Shown here piece after piece: positions 41,214-50,670 of a DNA stretch of 64,000 nucleotides. The notes under the pieces are model-generated. The model was not told where the DNA came from and ran no database searches. It saw only the letters and a program-made list of their open reading frames with translations. Each line of letters opens with the position of its first letter. Positions within the stretch are counted from its first letter, which is position 1. Origin of the DNA: Nostoc sp. DedSLP01 (GTDB lineage Bacteria > Cyanobacteriota > Cyanobacteriia > Cyanobacteriales > Nostocaceae); contig JAVRCJ020000011.1 of the NCBI GenBank assembly GCA_034530875.2, positions 1 through 64,000 of the forward strand, read 5' to 3'. The translations under genes and the position numbers were made by a program.

Positions 41214-41675
41214 TTATTTGCGATCGTCTAGGATGACATCAAAGTGTTTAACTGTGGTTTCTGGTTTGATAAGATATTCTTTATCTCTAGGAAGAGGTCT
41301 GACTTTTTCAATATCATTACCAGCAAACTTACGAATGGCATCGAGTGATTCCCAATAAGAGATAACAGTAAATTCTGTATTATTGTTATCAGTACGACGA
41401 AGTACTTGCACTCCTAAATTCCCAGGAATTGATTCAATTTTTTTAATTCCAGCTTCTACCAAATAAGCATAGTATTCATCTGATTTTGATGCTAGTGTCG
41501 TACCATGCCAAATGCGTGCAACTATTTTCTTAGATTGGTTGCTAGCAGGATTATTTGGTACAGTTTGTGCTGAAACTGTAAACGTTTCAAGCTGCACAAA
41601 TGAAGCCAGTGGCAAAATCAAAACTGAAATAGCTAATCCACAAAGAGTACTAAAAAAATTACTTTGTCTAATCAT
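41214..41675 (-). CDS. Secreted ABM-fold (antibiotic biosynthesis monooxygenase-like) protein
   Basis: Signal-peptide-like N-terminus; VARIWHG, PGNLGVQVLR, ISYWESLDAIRKFAG. Confidence 0.8.
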   Translation of the reverse strand: MIRQSNFFSTLCGLAISVLILPLASFVQLETFTVSAQTVPNNPASNQSKKIVARIWHGTTLASKSDEYYAYLVEAGIKKIESIPGNLGVQVLRRTDNNNTEFTVISYWESLDAIRKFAGNDIEKVRPLPRDKEYLIKPETTVKHFDVILDDRK

Positions 41676-41731
41676 GAGGCATCTCCAGTTTCGTATTTTA
41701 TTTCGTTCTCAGTATTTATTAATTAAGAAAA

Positions 41732-42319
41732 CTACATAATTTTTTGTAAATTCAACACAAATCCAGGTAAAACATTTTCCCCTGATAAACTACTAGGATT
41801 GTTTAATATCTCTACATCTTTGCCTGGACGATAAATTTCTACTCGCTTGTTTTTACGGTCAATTAACCAACCTAATTGAGCACAATTTTCGATATACTCT
41901 TGCATTTTTTCTTGCAAATCTTTTAGAGAATCGCTAGGAGAACGTAACTCTACTACAAAATCAGGACAAATCGGAGCAAATTTTTCTTGTTGTTCTGCGG
42001 TTAAAGCATTCCATCGCTCAATTTTTACCCAAGAAGCATCGGGAGAACGTTCTGCACCATTGGGAAGTTTGAAGCCAGCAGATGGGCCAAATACCTCACC
42101 TAAATTATTTTGCTCGTTCCAAATATCTAACTGTGTAGTGATTTTGACGTTGCGTCTATCTGTATCACTGCCTGATGGCGTCATTATTACTATTTCACCT
42201 GATGCTGTGCGCTCAAATCTATAATTACTATTTTTTTGGCACATTTGGAAGAACTGTTCATCACTCAAATCAATTTTTAATTTGAGGGTAGAAGGTAAGG
42301 TGACTGTAGTAGCGTTCAT
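41732..42319 (-). CDS. Uma2 family endonuclease-fold protein
   Basis: RSPDASWV, ICPDFVVELRSPSD, LGWLID. Confidence 0.93.
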   Translation of the reverse strand: MNATTVTLPSTLKLKIDLSDEQFFQMCQKNSNYRFERTASGEIVIMTPSGSDTDRRNVKITTQLDIWNEQNNLGEVFGPSAGFKLPNGAERSPDASWVKIERWNALTAEQQEKFAPICPDFVVELRSPSDSLKDLQEKMQEYIENCAQLGWLIDRKNKRVEIYRPGKDVEILNNPSSLSGENVLPGFVLNLQKIM

Positions 42320-42397
42320 AGACTTATCCCGACATCTTACTTTCTAGTTTAGTAATATGAATTTTATTTCTTTCTAACTTATTTAGAACGATGTTTT

Positions 42398-42742
42398 TCA
42401 GCTTGCAGGACGCACAACCCTAATCAACTTACTTTGTAGGGATTCTTGAGATGCTACGATCGCTTCATTAATTCGAGTTGCCATACGAATTCTATCGCTG
42501 TCGTTGGTGCAGACAATAATACCAAGATGCTCACAACTGGAACGATGTAAGCGAATAAAATCTTGGCGATTGAGGGTCACAACTGCACGATTGTCTTTCA
42601 TAGCAAAAGCTAATACATCCTCATCGGGGACACCCAAGTTATCATTGCCAGCTTCCTGCACCGTCAAAACATCATGTCCCATTTGCCGAAGTAGTTCGCT
42701 AACTAACCGTGGAAACTGCTCATCAGCATACAGACGTGCCAT
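42398..42742 (-). CDS. DUF5615 PIN-like toxin
   Basis: LYADEQFP, GHDV, DEDVLAFA, TLNRQDF. Confidence 0.88.
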   Translation of the reverse strand: MARLYADEQFPRLVSELLRQMGHDVLTVQEAGNDNLGVPDEDVLAFAMKDNRAVVTLNRQDFIRLHRSSCEHLGIIVCTNDSDRIRMATRINEAIVASQESLQSKLIRVVRPAS

Positions 42743-42745
42743 CGG

Positions 42746-43075
42746 CTAGCCAACCTCGTTATTACCCCGAATTGCGGCCGCAATTTCTTCAGGATAGGCA
42801 TCGGCATAAGCCCAAGCATTGACGAGATCGGCAGCAGTGATATGAGGATAGTCCTGCAAAAGTTGGGCTTCAGGGATGCCTAATTGTTGTGCTTCAACTA
42901 AAAGCCAAACGGCAATTCTGGTTCCGGCAATACATGCTTCTCCACCGCATACACCAGGGGTTTTAGTGATTCCCTTGCCGCTAGTGCTAAGATTTTTGGT
43001 TAGGCTTTGAATAATCTCTGCTTTGTCAGCAAGCGATAAATTGAGAAGTTGACGTTCGAGTTCTTGAAGAGTCAT
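42746..43075 (-). CDS. DUF433 antitoxin
   Basis: TPGVCGGEACIAGTRIAVW..LLQDYP. Confidence 0.9.
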   Translation of the reverse strand: MTLQELERQLLNLSLADKAEIIQSLTKNLSTSGKGITKTPGVCGGEACIAGTRIAVWLLVEAQQLGIPEAQLLQDYPHITAADLVNAWAYADAYPEEIAAAIRGNNEVG

Positions 43076-43528
43076 GCAGAACGGGGATGCTTAGGAATTA
43101 AATTGATTGTAGCGAACTGGTTCATAGACCTATCCTGACATCTTAACTGTCTAATTTAGTGGTGTGTGGGGTGCGATCGCTGCCAGGAGATGATGGAGAG
43201 CGATCGCACCTAGCTAGTATTCTGCTGAAAAATTTTTCAGCTATGGCTATATAGAAAACCCGCCCTCAACGTTAAAGGGGTGCAGATATCTTTCACCCTG
43301 CAAGTAGCCTAAAGTTTACCGCCACTTTCGATGAACCTACTGTCTCATGGGAGTTCAGGATTACCTTAGCAGCTATGAGTAAGGTTACATTTATGATTAT
43401 CATTTAAATTTTTGTGTACTTTGATTAAGTTTTGTGATATTTTCGGATATGTGAAGTGCTGCTTCATCACCTAAAAACTTTTGGTTGAACTTTTTTCAGT
43501 TAGCAATCTAGTAAGGTAGAACTGCAAT

Positions 43529-44488
43529 ATGCCATTTACCATTGATTCCGCTCGTGGTATCTTTCCCAACACATTAGCGGCTGATGTTGTACCTGCAACA
43601 ATAGCCAGGTTCAATCAGCTCAGTGCTGAAGATCAACTTGCACTAATTTGGTTTGCTTACCTGGAAATGGGCAAGACAATCACTATTGCGGCTCCTGGAG
43701 CTGCAAGTATGCAATTTGCTGAGCCGACATTGAATCAAATTCGGCAAATGTCTTTTACCGAGCAATCACAAGTGATGTGCGATCTGGCAAACCGAGCAGA
43801 TACACCAATTACCCGCACATACGCCGTTTGGTCTGTAAACATCAAACTAGGTTTCTGGTATCAGTTAGGGAAATGGATGGATCAAGGGATTGTTGCACCA
43901 ATTCCCCCAGGGTATAAGCTTTCTGCTAATGCTGGTGCTGTTCTGCAAGCAATTAGAGAACTTGATGCAGGTCAGCAAATTACAGTCTTGCGTAATTCTG
44001 TAGTTGATATGGGATTTGACCCAAATAAATTGGATGGTAAAAAAAGAGTTTCTGAGCCTGTTGTTGTTCCTAAAGAGATATCACAGCGAACTCAAGTCAC
44101 TATTGAAGGCGTTGATAACCCAATAGTGTTAAGTTATATGAATAACCTTAACGCTAACGATTTTGATGCGCTGATTGAGTTATTCACATCTGATGGTGCC
44201 CTGCAACCTCCCTTCCAAAGACCGATAGTTGGTAAAGATGCTGTCCTACGGTTTTTTAGAGAAGATTGTCAAAACCTCAAGTTAATTCCAGAAAGAGGAG
44301 TAGTTGAACCTGCTGAAGACGGTTTTACTCAAATTAAAGTCACCGGCAAAGTCCAAACTCCCTGGTTTGGTGCTAGCGTGGGTATGAATATGGCTTGGAG
44401 ATTCTTGGTAACTCCTGAGAATAAAATTTTCTTTGTAGCTATTGATTTGCTGGCATCTCCCAAAGAACTATTAAACTTAGTTCGTTAG
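43529..44488 (+). CDS. ocp: Orange carotenoid protein (OCP1 type)
   Basis: MPFTIDSARGIFPNTLAADVVP, LIWFAYLEMG, QPPF, VQTPWFG, IDLLASPKELLN; followed by FRP. Confidence 0.97.
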   Translation: MPFTIDSARGIFPNTLAADVVPATIARFNQLSAEDQLALIWFAYLEMGKTITIAAPGAASMQFAEPTLNQIRQMSFTEQSQVMCDLANRADTPITRTYAVWSVNIKLGFWYQLGKWMDQGIVAPIPPGYKLSANAGAVLQAIRELDAGQQITVLRNSVVDMGFDPNKLDGKKRVSEPVVVPKEISQRTQVTIEGVDNPIVLSYMNNLNANDFDALIELFTSDGALQPPFQRPIVGKDAVLRFFREDCQNLKLIPERGVVEPAEDGFTQIKVTGKVQTPWFGASVGMNMAWRFLVTPENKIFFVAIDLLASPKELLNLVR

Positions 44489-44527
44489 AAAGATACTCAG
44501 TTTGAGTAAATTCCGAAAAATTGGTGC

Positions 44528-44552
44528 GAACGCTCTGTTATTCAGGGCGTTC
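44528..44552 (+). promoter_or_regulatory. Intercistronic stem-loop between ocp and frp
   Basis: GAACGCTCTG-TTATT-CAGGGCGTTC, no U-tract. Confidence 0.5.
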
Positions 44553-44619
44553 CCCATTGTGGAGTAAAACGTGCAACTCAATATAAAATGACTCGAACGA
44601 TGATATTTTAGGTTTGATA

Positions 44620-44946
44620 ATGCAAGTGAGCGATACACAGTGGTCTACAGCAGAGAAACAGCTGGCTGAAGCAGTTTTTAAAAGAGCCTATGAAAGAGAA
44701 ATCAATGCTTTGATTGAAGAAGTTCGCGTCAGAGCAAGTGCGATCGTAGAACTTGATGATATGTGGCGCTTACATGACTTCTTAAGTGCAAGAAGACATG
44801 ATATAGATGGCAAGTACGACTACAGATATTCTGTACTCATCTTTGTATTTGCTCGGTTAGTCAAAGAGGGCTGGTTAGCTCTTGATGAATTAAACGAACT
44901 CGACAAAGATAAGCTTACCAAAGTAGCAGCTCTTGCAAGAATGTAA
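44620..44946 (+). CDS. frp: Fluorescence recovery protein
   Basis: WS..EK..AYEREI, WRLHDFLSARRHDIDGKYD, FVFARLVKEGW. Confidence 0.95.
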   Translation: MQVSDTQWSTAEKQLAEAVFKRAYEREINALIEEVRVRASAIVELDDMWRLHDFLSARRHDIDGKYDYRYSVLIFVFARLVKEGWLALDELNELDKDKLTKVAALARM

Positions 44947-45274
44947 AATAAAACATTCAAAGCTTACGCCCTATCTAAAAATTTCTCTTGATTGAGTGTT
45001 CTTTGTGCTTCTGTGATTAAAACATCATTGATTTAACTATAGAAGCGCAGAGAACACAAATATTATTAAGTAGCGAATTATATTCGCCCAATTATTTCTT
45101 TTTTCAACGCAAAGGTACGCGGAGGTTAGCGCAGAGGTACGCAGAGGTTTTCTTATATGTAATTTTGATATGTCCCAAAATAATTAGGCGCATCTTGATA
45201 GAGAATTGGTATCACGAATGATTGAGGATTGTTAGCCTGGGAATTGATTCCCAGGTGGGTGACTACCAACAAGG

Positions 45275-45895
45275 TTAACGCAGTTGCATCAAGCTTAGTT
45301 CTGGCAATGTGGTTCCGTTGAGGAAGCAGTTCTCCAAATGTACTTGAGTCAGGTCTATTTCTGTTAGGTCAACGTAGCTGAGATCGGTTTTAAAGAAAAT
45401 GGCCTTGGCAAGATTGGTATGGCTGAGGTCTGCTTTGCTCAAGTTTGCCCCAGTCAGGTTTGCACGACTCAGATCTGCCCTACCCAAGTTTGCGCCACTG
45501 AGGTTGGCGTAGCGTAAATCTGCCCCAGCCAAGTTTGCACTGCTGAGGTCTGCGTCACGCAAATCTGCTAAGCGTAAGTCCGCTTTGGCAAGGTTTCCTT
45601 TGTGCAGATCTGCCTTGGTGAGATTTGCCCGAATCATGTTAGCAGCTTTGAGGTTTGCCCAGATTAAATGAGCTCGGCTGAGGTTGGTTCTCCACAAGGA
45701 TGCCGCTGTCAAATTTGCTTGAGTCAAATTAGCTCCAGAGAGGTTGGCATGGGATAAAGTCGCATTCGCCAAGTTTGCTCTATCTAAACTGATTCCAGCT
45801 AGGCACGCCTCGCTGAGGTTAACCAAGTGCAGGCTTACCTGGGTGAAATTTCTCTCTCCTGCACAATAGCGTTTGAGAAGTTCATCAGCATCCAT
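45275..45895 (-). CDS. Pentapeptide repeat protein
   Basis: ELLKRY.AGERNF leader, then A(N/D)LxX repeats. Confidence 0.93.
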   Translation of the reverse strand: MDADELLKRYCAGERNFTQVSLHLVNLSEACLAGISLDRANLANATLSHANLSGANLTQANLTAASLWRTNLSRAHLIWANLKAANMIRANLTKADLHKGNLAKADLRLADLRDADLSSANLAGADLRYANLSGANLGRADLSRANLTGANLSKADLSHTNLAKAIFFKTDLSYVDLTEIDLTQVHLENCFLNGTTLPELSLMQLR

Positions 45896-46280
45896 ACAGC
45901 CCGCCTTTTAAATCTCCATTTATTACCCGAAAATCAGACTATCCAATCAATAATTATTGGAAATATTTTGATGTCACTTTTCACTGTTAGCAAAGATACT
46001 CAGGAACATAAACACATTTGCGATCGCTTCACCAAGGCTAAAGGAATTTTTTGCTGTAGCTTTGGATACTGAGCAATGGAAAGTTGCCTTGGATATATTG
46101 CTTAACAGTGATTTTAGGCATTTTTTAATTTTATTTAATTATATAAAGAAATATAACAAATTTGTTACAAATAAGCAATGCTTTCTGCACTATGTGTTGA
46201 TAATTTTTGTTTATTCTAAAAAATAAATTTTACTTATCAATCACTTTTTGCGGTGTCTTTTTGCTTATTGGGCTATAAGA

Positions 46281-46365
46281 CAATACCGTTCAGTTAAGCT
46301 TTTTTCTCCTCCCCCTGCCTCCTCTGCCTGCCTTAACAGATAAATTCCTTAACCCAACCGTATTG
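46281..46365. mobile_element. 85-bp MITE with 18-bp TIRs and 10-bp target duplication
   Basis: TIRs CAATACCGTTCAGTTAAG vs (rc) CAATACGGTTGGGTTAAG; flanks GGCTATAAGA / GGCTATGAGA. Confidence 0.8.
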
Positions 46366-47043
46366 GGCTATGAGAGCGATCGCAATTCAAATTTCATTAG
46401 TGCATGATATTCTTTGACCAATCCCAAATTACGCCAGAAAAAGAATCCGATAGATACACCTATTCAAACCCTTGTAATATCTAGTTCTCTGAATGCGTAA
46501 ATTTTGAATTGGTATTACCTACTTGCTTAGTTTGGTTTTTACTAGTTTTATTACAATGTAAAATTATTGCAAAAAATATTTATATTAGTTTATATCTTTT
46601 GACAGATTTGGAAAAACAATGTCAAATTTATCTTTCTGGCTTAATCCAAGTATATTCCTTAAAATTTACGAACTTTCCCCAATTGACGAACAGAATTACT
46701 TAGAGGCATAACTATAAAAACTAATTTTGATGACCCAAAAAAGATTTAATCGATCGATTATTTTTAGATATACTTTCAACAACTATGAAACTATTAATGT
46801 CCATCAAGGTAAGTAATTTTTTTCACTGGCGATCGAGATACAGGAGAGTGCAGGTAAATGAGTTACAAAGTTTCAGAATAAAGCTATAAATGAAGAGACT
46901 TAATAACTCTGTTTACTATTGCCTATCTCGAAGAATGAATTTAATTTTGCGCGAATAGTTAGTAACTTCAATCAAAATTTTTGGTTTCTATAGTCAGGCT
47001 TATTATAATGTTTAAATCTATCTAAAATTGTAAGCATTTAGGA

Positions 47044-47203
47044 GTCAGAATGTTTAAAGAATTAAGAGAAATATTTGATGAACCAATTTACTATTCTACT
47101 AGATACCTGTAAATTCTGACTTCTGAACGGCAGTTGACGCCAGTCGCCTCAAGTCGGGAAACTCTAGTAGAGTACTGCCTCCTCCTGGGTGCTGAATTCT
47201 TAC
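47044..47203. repeat. Inverted copy of the 1971-2166 composite repeat
   Basis: See 1971. Confidence 0.7.
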
Positions 47204-47636
47204 GTAAAATTTATGTTAACTTGGTAAGAAACTTAATGTTTATTGGATTTATAAATCTTCCAAATTTATCACGTTATTGTGGATATGTCGGTTTAGAAGT
47301 AGCAGAAATTGTTGCTAAATACCTTGCAGTTCAAAGCAAAACTTACGTCATTCAAAATCGGAAAATATTAATATATCAGCTTTTAAAGTCTGGTCTCGAT
47401 TCTCATACAGCTCATCGAACAATTAACGTACTGATATCGAGTTCAATTTTACAATCAACTAACAAAAATCAGTGTGCAATTCAAGAGTGTTGAGTTGGGA
47501 AGATGGCTCGGGTAAAATCTCCAATTTTTTTTCTCTACCTGCATGACCTCAACGCGAGCTTGAATCATCAGCCACACTGCTAAGGTAAAGCGATCGCCGT
47601 TATAGCCAAAATCAACCCACTTTCTCTTCCAAATGG

Positions 47637-48257
47637 CTACAAACTCCATGCAGCCTGAAAAAACTCATACTCACACAACATCGCATAACGATAAGTTGAA
47701 TGCACAACAGTATTATTCGTGGCATAATTCTCAACTAAACTTTCTAACTGCTGTGTCAACGGCTGAAAATCCGCACTACTGTAAGTCCGAATCCAGCCTC
47801 CATACTGATGATTCGGAATGCCATTTCTAGCTAACTCTTCTCCCAAAAAAGCATACAAACGCATACAAGGGGACATCGCCGCGGCCGTTAAACCGACATC
47901 TTGTCCCCAAGCAGTTGCTAACAAAAAATCAGTATAGCGACGCGTAGCAGCTCCAAGTTCCACAGAATGCAAATTAACTCCCCACTGGGAAGCATAGCCA
48001 CTATGGAATTCCAGTTCTGCTAAAACTCCACTAGCTAGGTGATGAAATCTAGTGAAACCCACCCAATCTGGTGCTTTAGCTGCGGCAATACTATACGCAC
48101 GGGCAAAAGCTTCTAAGAAAAAAGCATCTTGCCCTACATAGTAAGCAAACTTCGCGGCCTCAAGAGTACCATCACCAATGCCTCGAACAAAAGGATGCTC
48201 TAAACACGCTTTGGCTAAATCTTGATTCGTCTTCCATAATTCATTAGGTAAAGTCAT
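47637..48257 (-). CDS. tenA: TenA/THI-4 family thiamine salvage protein
   Basis: HPFV, YVGQDAFFL, PCMRLY, WIRTY, EYEFF. Confidence 0.9.
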   Translation of the reverse strand: MTLPNELWKTNQDLAKACLEHPFVRGIGDGTLEAAKFAYYVGQDAFFLEAFARAYSIAAAKAPDWVGFTRFHHLASGVLAELEFHSGYASQWGVNLHSVELGAATRRYTDFLLATAWGQDVGLTAAAMSPCMRLYAFLGEELARNGIPNHQYGGWIRTYSSADFQPLTQQLESLVENYATNNTVVHSTYRYAMLCEYEFFQAAWSL

Positions 48258-48353
48258 TGGTCATTGGTCATTGGTCATTAGTCATTAGCTATTAAATATT
48301 TTCCCCTGTGCCCCTGTGCCTCCCCATCTCCCCATCTTCCCAATCCCTAGTCC

Positions 48354-49124
48354 CTAAAAAGGTAAAAACTGAAGCAACAGTGAGCCAACACTTCCGAAAA
48401 GCTCAACGAAATTGGGCTTACCAGAGCTTACCTTTTCAGTATAGGGTGTTTGCAGTTCTTTCATAAAAGCTTGTGCTGTTTGCATTCCAGAGCTGTTATT
48501 TTGGGAGGTAAACAATTTGTCTGCAACTTGGGCATCTACAAATGCACCTTGTCTATCTAATATTTGGTAGCGGGAGACACCACGAGCTAGATAAGCACCT
48601 GCATAGTCTGGTTTAATGGCGATCGCTTGACTAAAATAACTAATTGCTTGCTGTTGGTTGCCTTTTTCTGCTTGTGCTACACCCAAAGCATAAAAATCTT
48701 CCGGTGAAGCGATTTGTGATGGTATTCCGATTGCGCCTTGGAAGTTAGTACCATTCAGGTAAGCGCCATTTAATTCTGCATTTGTTAAATAGCTATTTCT
48801 CAAATCAGTACCCGCTAAATTTGCGCCACTAAATCTCGCTTCGCTCAGGTTAGCGCCAAATAAACTAGCACCAGCCAAATTTGCACCCCGTAAATCAGCA
48901 CCGGCCAAGTTTGTGCGGCTGAGGTTTGCACCTGCAAGATTAGCACCGCTTAAATTCGCTCCAGATAAATCAGCCATCACTAAACCTGCATTAGCCAAAT
49001 CGCAATTTTGGCATTGTTTGGTTGCTAATAACTGTTTCACGTGTTCAGAATTCGCCGCTTGTACGGTTGTTGTCAGGCTAACCAAAGTTAAAAATGTGGC
49101 TGTGGCAAGAATTTGATTTTTCAT
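48354..49124 (-). CDS. Exported pentapeptide-repeat plus TPR protein
   Basis: Signal peptide MKNQ..VQA, QLLATKQCQNCDL, pentapeptide repeats, C-terminal TPRs. Confidence 0.88.
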   Translation of the reverse strand: MKNQILATATFLTLVSLTTTVQAANSEHVKQLLATKQCQNCDLANAGLVMADLSGANLSGANLAGANLSRTNLAGADLRGANLAGASLFGANLSEARFSGANLAGTDLRNSYLTNAELNGAYLNGTNFQGAIGIPSQIASPEDFYALGVAQAEKGNQQQAISYFSQAIAIKPDYAGAYLARGVSRYQILDRQGAFVDAQVADKLFTSQNNSSGMQTAQAFMKELQTPYTEKVSSGKPNFVELFGSVGSLLLQFLPF

Positions 49125-49419
49125 ATTTGCGTAATATTTATTACTCAACAATCAATATTAACCGAGATATATTTATACCTCAGCCTATGATATTAGCAAT
49201 CTCAACACTTTGCCCTCTGTAGTTGTCCATATCACTTAGAATGAACCGCCAAGCACGCATAAACAGGTTCTACTTGTGAATCCGCAAGGTAGTACAAAAA
49301 CAAATGTTAATCGTCAACATCAAATCCCATCCGCTAAAAGTTGTGGAACGCTTAGTGTTAAAGCACACTTATAGTAATTCTCATTTGAATGGGGTACATG
49401 GGTAGGGGCTTTACAGCTG

Positions 49420-49743
49420 TCATTGGTGTCAACTTAAGCAAAAAGGAGGCATAAGATGTAATCTAAGAACAAATTGTGTATTGATGTGGCATAGACGCGA
49501 AGCGGCTTGCCTTTGGCATCGCTGTCAACCAACCTTTAGACCGAATTTCTACAAAATGGTGTTTCGCGGTTTATACCATTTTTCTCAAGCTGTTCTCTGT
49601 GGTGATGCCACTGACGCTGTTCTTACCTTATGGAATATCAAAAGCTGTTTGGATTAGTTAAAACTAGGCGTAAGGGTCACCCTTGAGATTGACGCTTACA
49701 CCGAACAAATTTGGCCAAAATCTTCTTAAGTTGACACCAATGA
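49420..49743 (+). mobile_element. Internally deleted IS (IS4-like) remnant
   Basis: Perfect 19-bp TIRs TCATTGGTGTCAACTTAAG; frameshifted transposase-like tail QPLDRIS/MVFRGLYHFSQA/QKLFGLVKTRRK. Confidence 0.75.
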
Positions 49744-49805
49744 TAGTTTTAAAGCGCCTACGCCGTGCTCGTCAATACTTGATATAAAATCAACAAACCC
49801 CAACC

Positions 49806-50582
49806 ATGACTCAGCAACCAACCAATCTAGACAATAAAACTGTATTTGAGCAGTTGTGGAATCTTACAAAAGAACTCCGGCAAAAATTAGAGTCTCGTTT
49901 TGAGTTAAACCCAGATCCTTCTGTAGAAGATTTACAAGAATACAGCAGTCTTGACGGTAATATCAAAGGTTCTCTTAGCGCATTTTCGGGAAAAGAAATT
50001 GATTGGCTAGTGCATTCGTGGTTAGGAAACCCCGAAAAATCAAACTTTAGCACCATGCGCCTCACCACTTGGTTAGCGCCGCATATCGAAGTTCCCCATT
50101 TAGCATTTGAGTTTGGCACGCTTCCCAATGCAGATATTTTATTTTATATAGATTACGTTGCTCGCACTGACCTTTTAACCGATTTAGCATATCTCGATCG
50201 CTATTACGAACCAGTCAACCAAACATTTTTAAAGTTGCAAGACGAGACGCGCCTCAAGGCATTTACTAGCAAAAGCGTTTACGTTCGCCTATTTCAATCC
50301 CCCGTTAGTCTTTGCTACACTGGCGCACCTACTTCTGATACCCTCGAAATCACTCGCACAGTTGCACTCGAAACACTAGAACGCTGGCTAACTTGGGCAG
50401 ACGCAGCCGAACCTGTATCAGAAGATGCACGGAATACTTTAGCAACTCGCGATTTATTACTACGCCGAACCGCCGCCGAACGCGACCCTGGTAATAAATT
50501 TGCCGCCCAACTTTTTGGTACTCAATTAACAGATAAACTAGTACGATCGCTTTGGGGTGGCGATCGTAAAATTAGTCATTAG
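49806..50582 (+). CDS. Red chlorophyll catabolite reductase-like ferredoxin-dependent bilin reductase
   Basis: DWLVHSW, PHLAFEF, DYVARTDL, YLDRYY, YVRLFQSP, ERDP..LFG align by eye to the RCCR/FDBR fold. Confidence 0.8.
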   Translation: MTQQPTNLDNKTVFEQLWNLTKELRQKLESRFELNPDPSVEDLQEYSSLDGNIKGSLSAFSGKEIDWLVHSWLGNPEKSNFSTMRLTTWLAPHIEVPHLAFEFGTLPNADILFYIDYVARTDLLTDLAYLDRYYEPVNQTFLKLQDETRLKAFTSKSVYVRLFQSPVSLCYTGAPTSDTLEITRTVALETLERWLTWADAAEPVSEDARNTLATRDLLLRRTAAERDPGNKFAAQLFGTQLTDKLVRSLWGGDRKISH

Positions 50583-50670
50583 TCAAACAATTTTGGATTT
50601 TAGATTTTAGATTTTAGATTTTTTCTTGAATCCAAAATCCAAAATCCAAAATCTAAAATTTTTCTGCCCT

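Noticed and set aside
47134..47493. 119-aa ORF
   Set aside because: Starts at a TTG inside a dispersed repeat and has no motif or RBS.
48258..48353. TPP riboswitch upstream of tenA
   Set aside because: The gap is filled with STRR repeats and shows no TPP core motifs.
50626..50670. N-terminal extension MNPKSKIQNLK of the nitrilase
   Set aside because: Encoded by AAAATCC/T STRR; ATG 50671 is the more plausible start.
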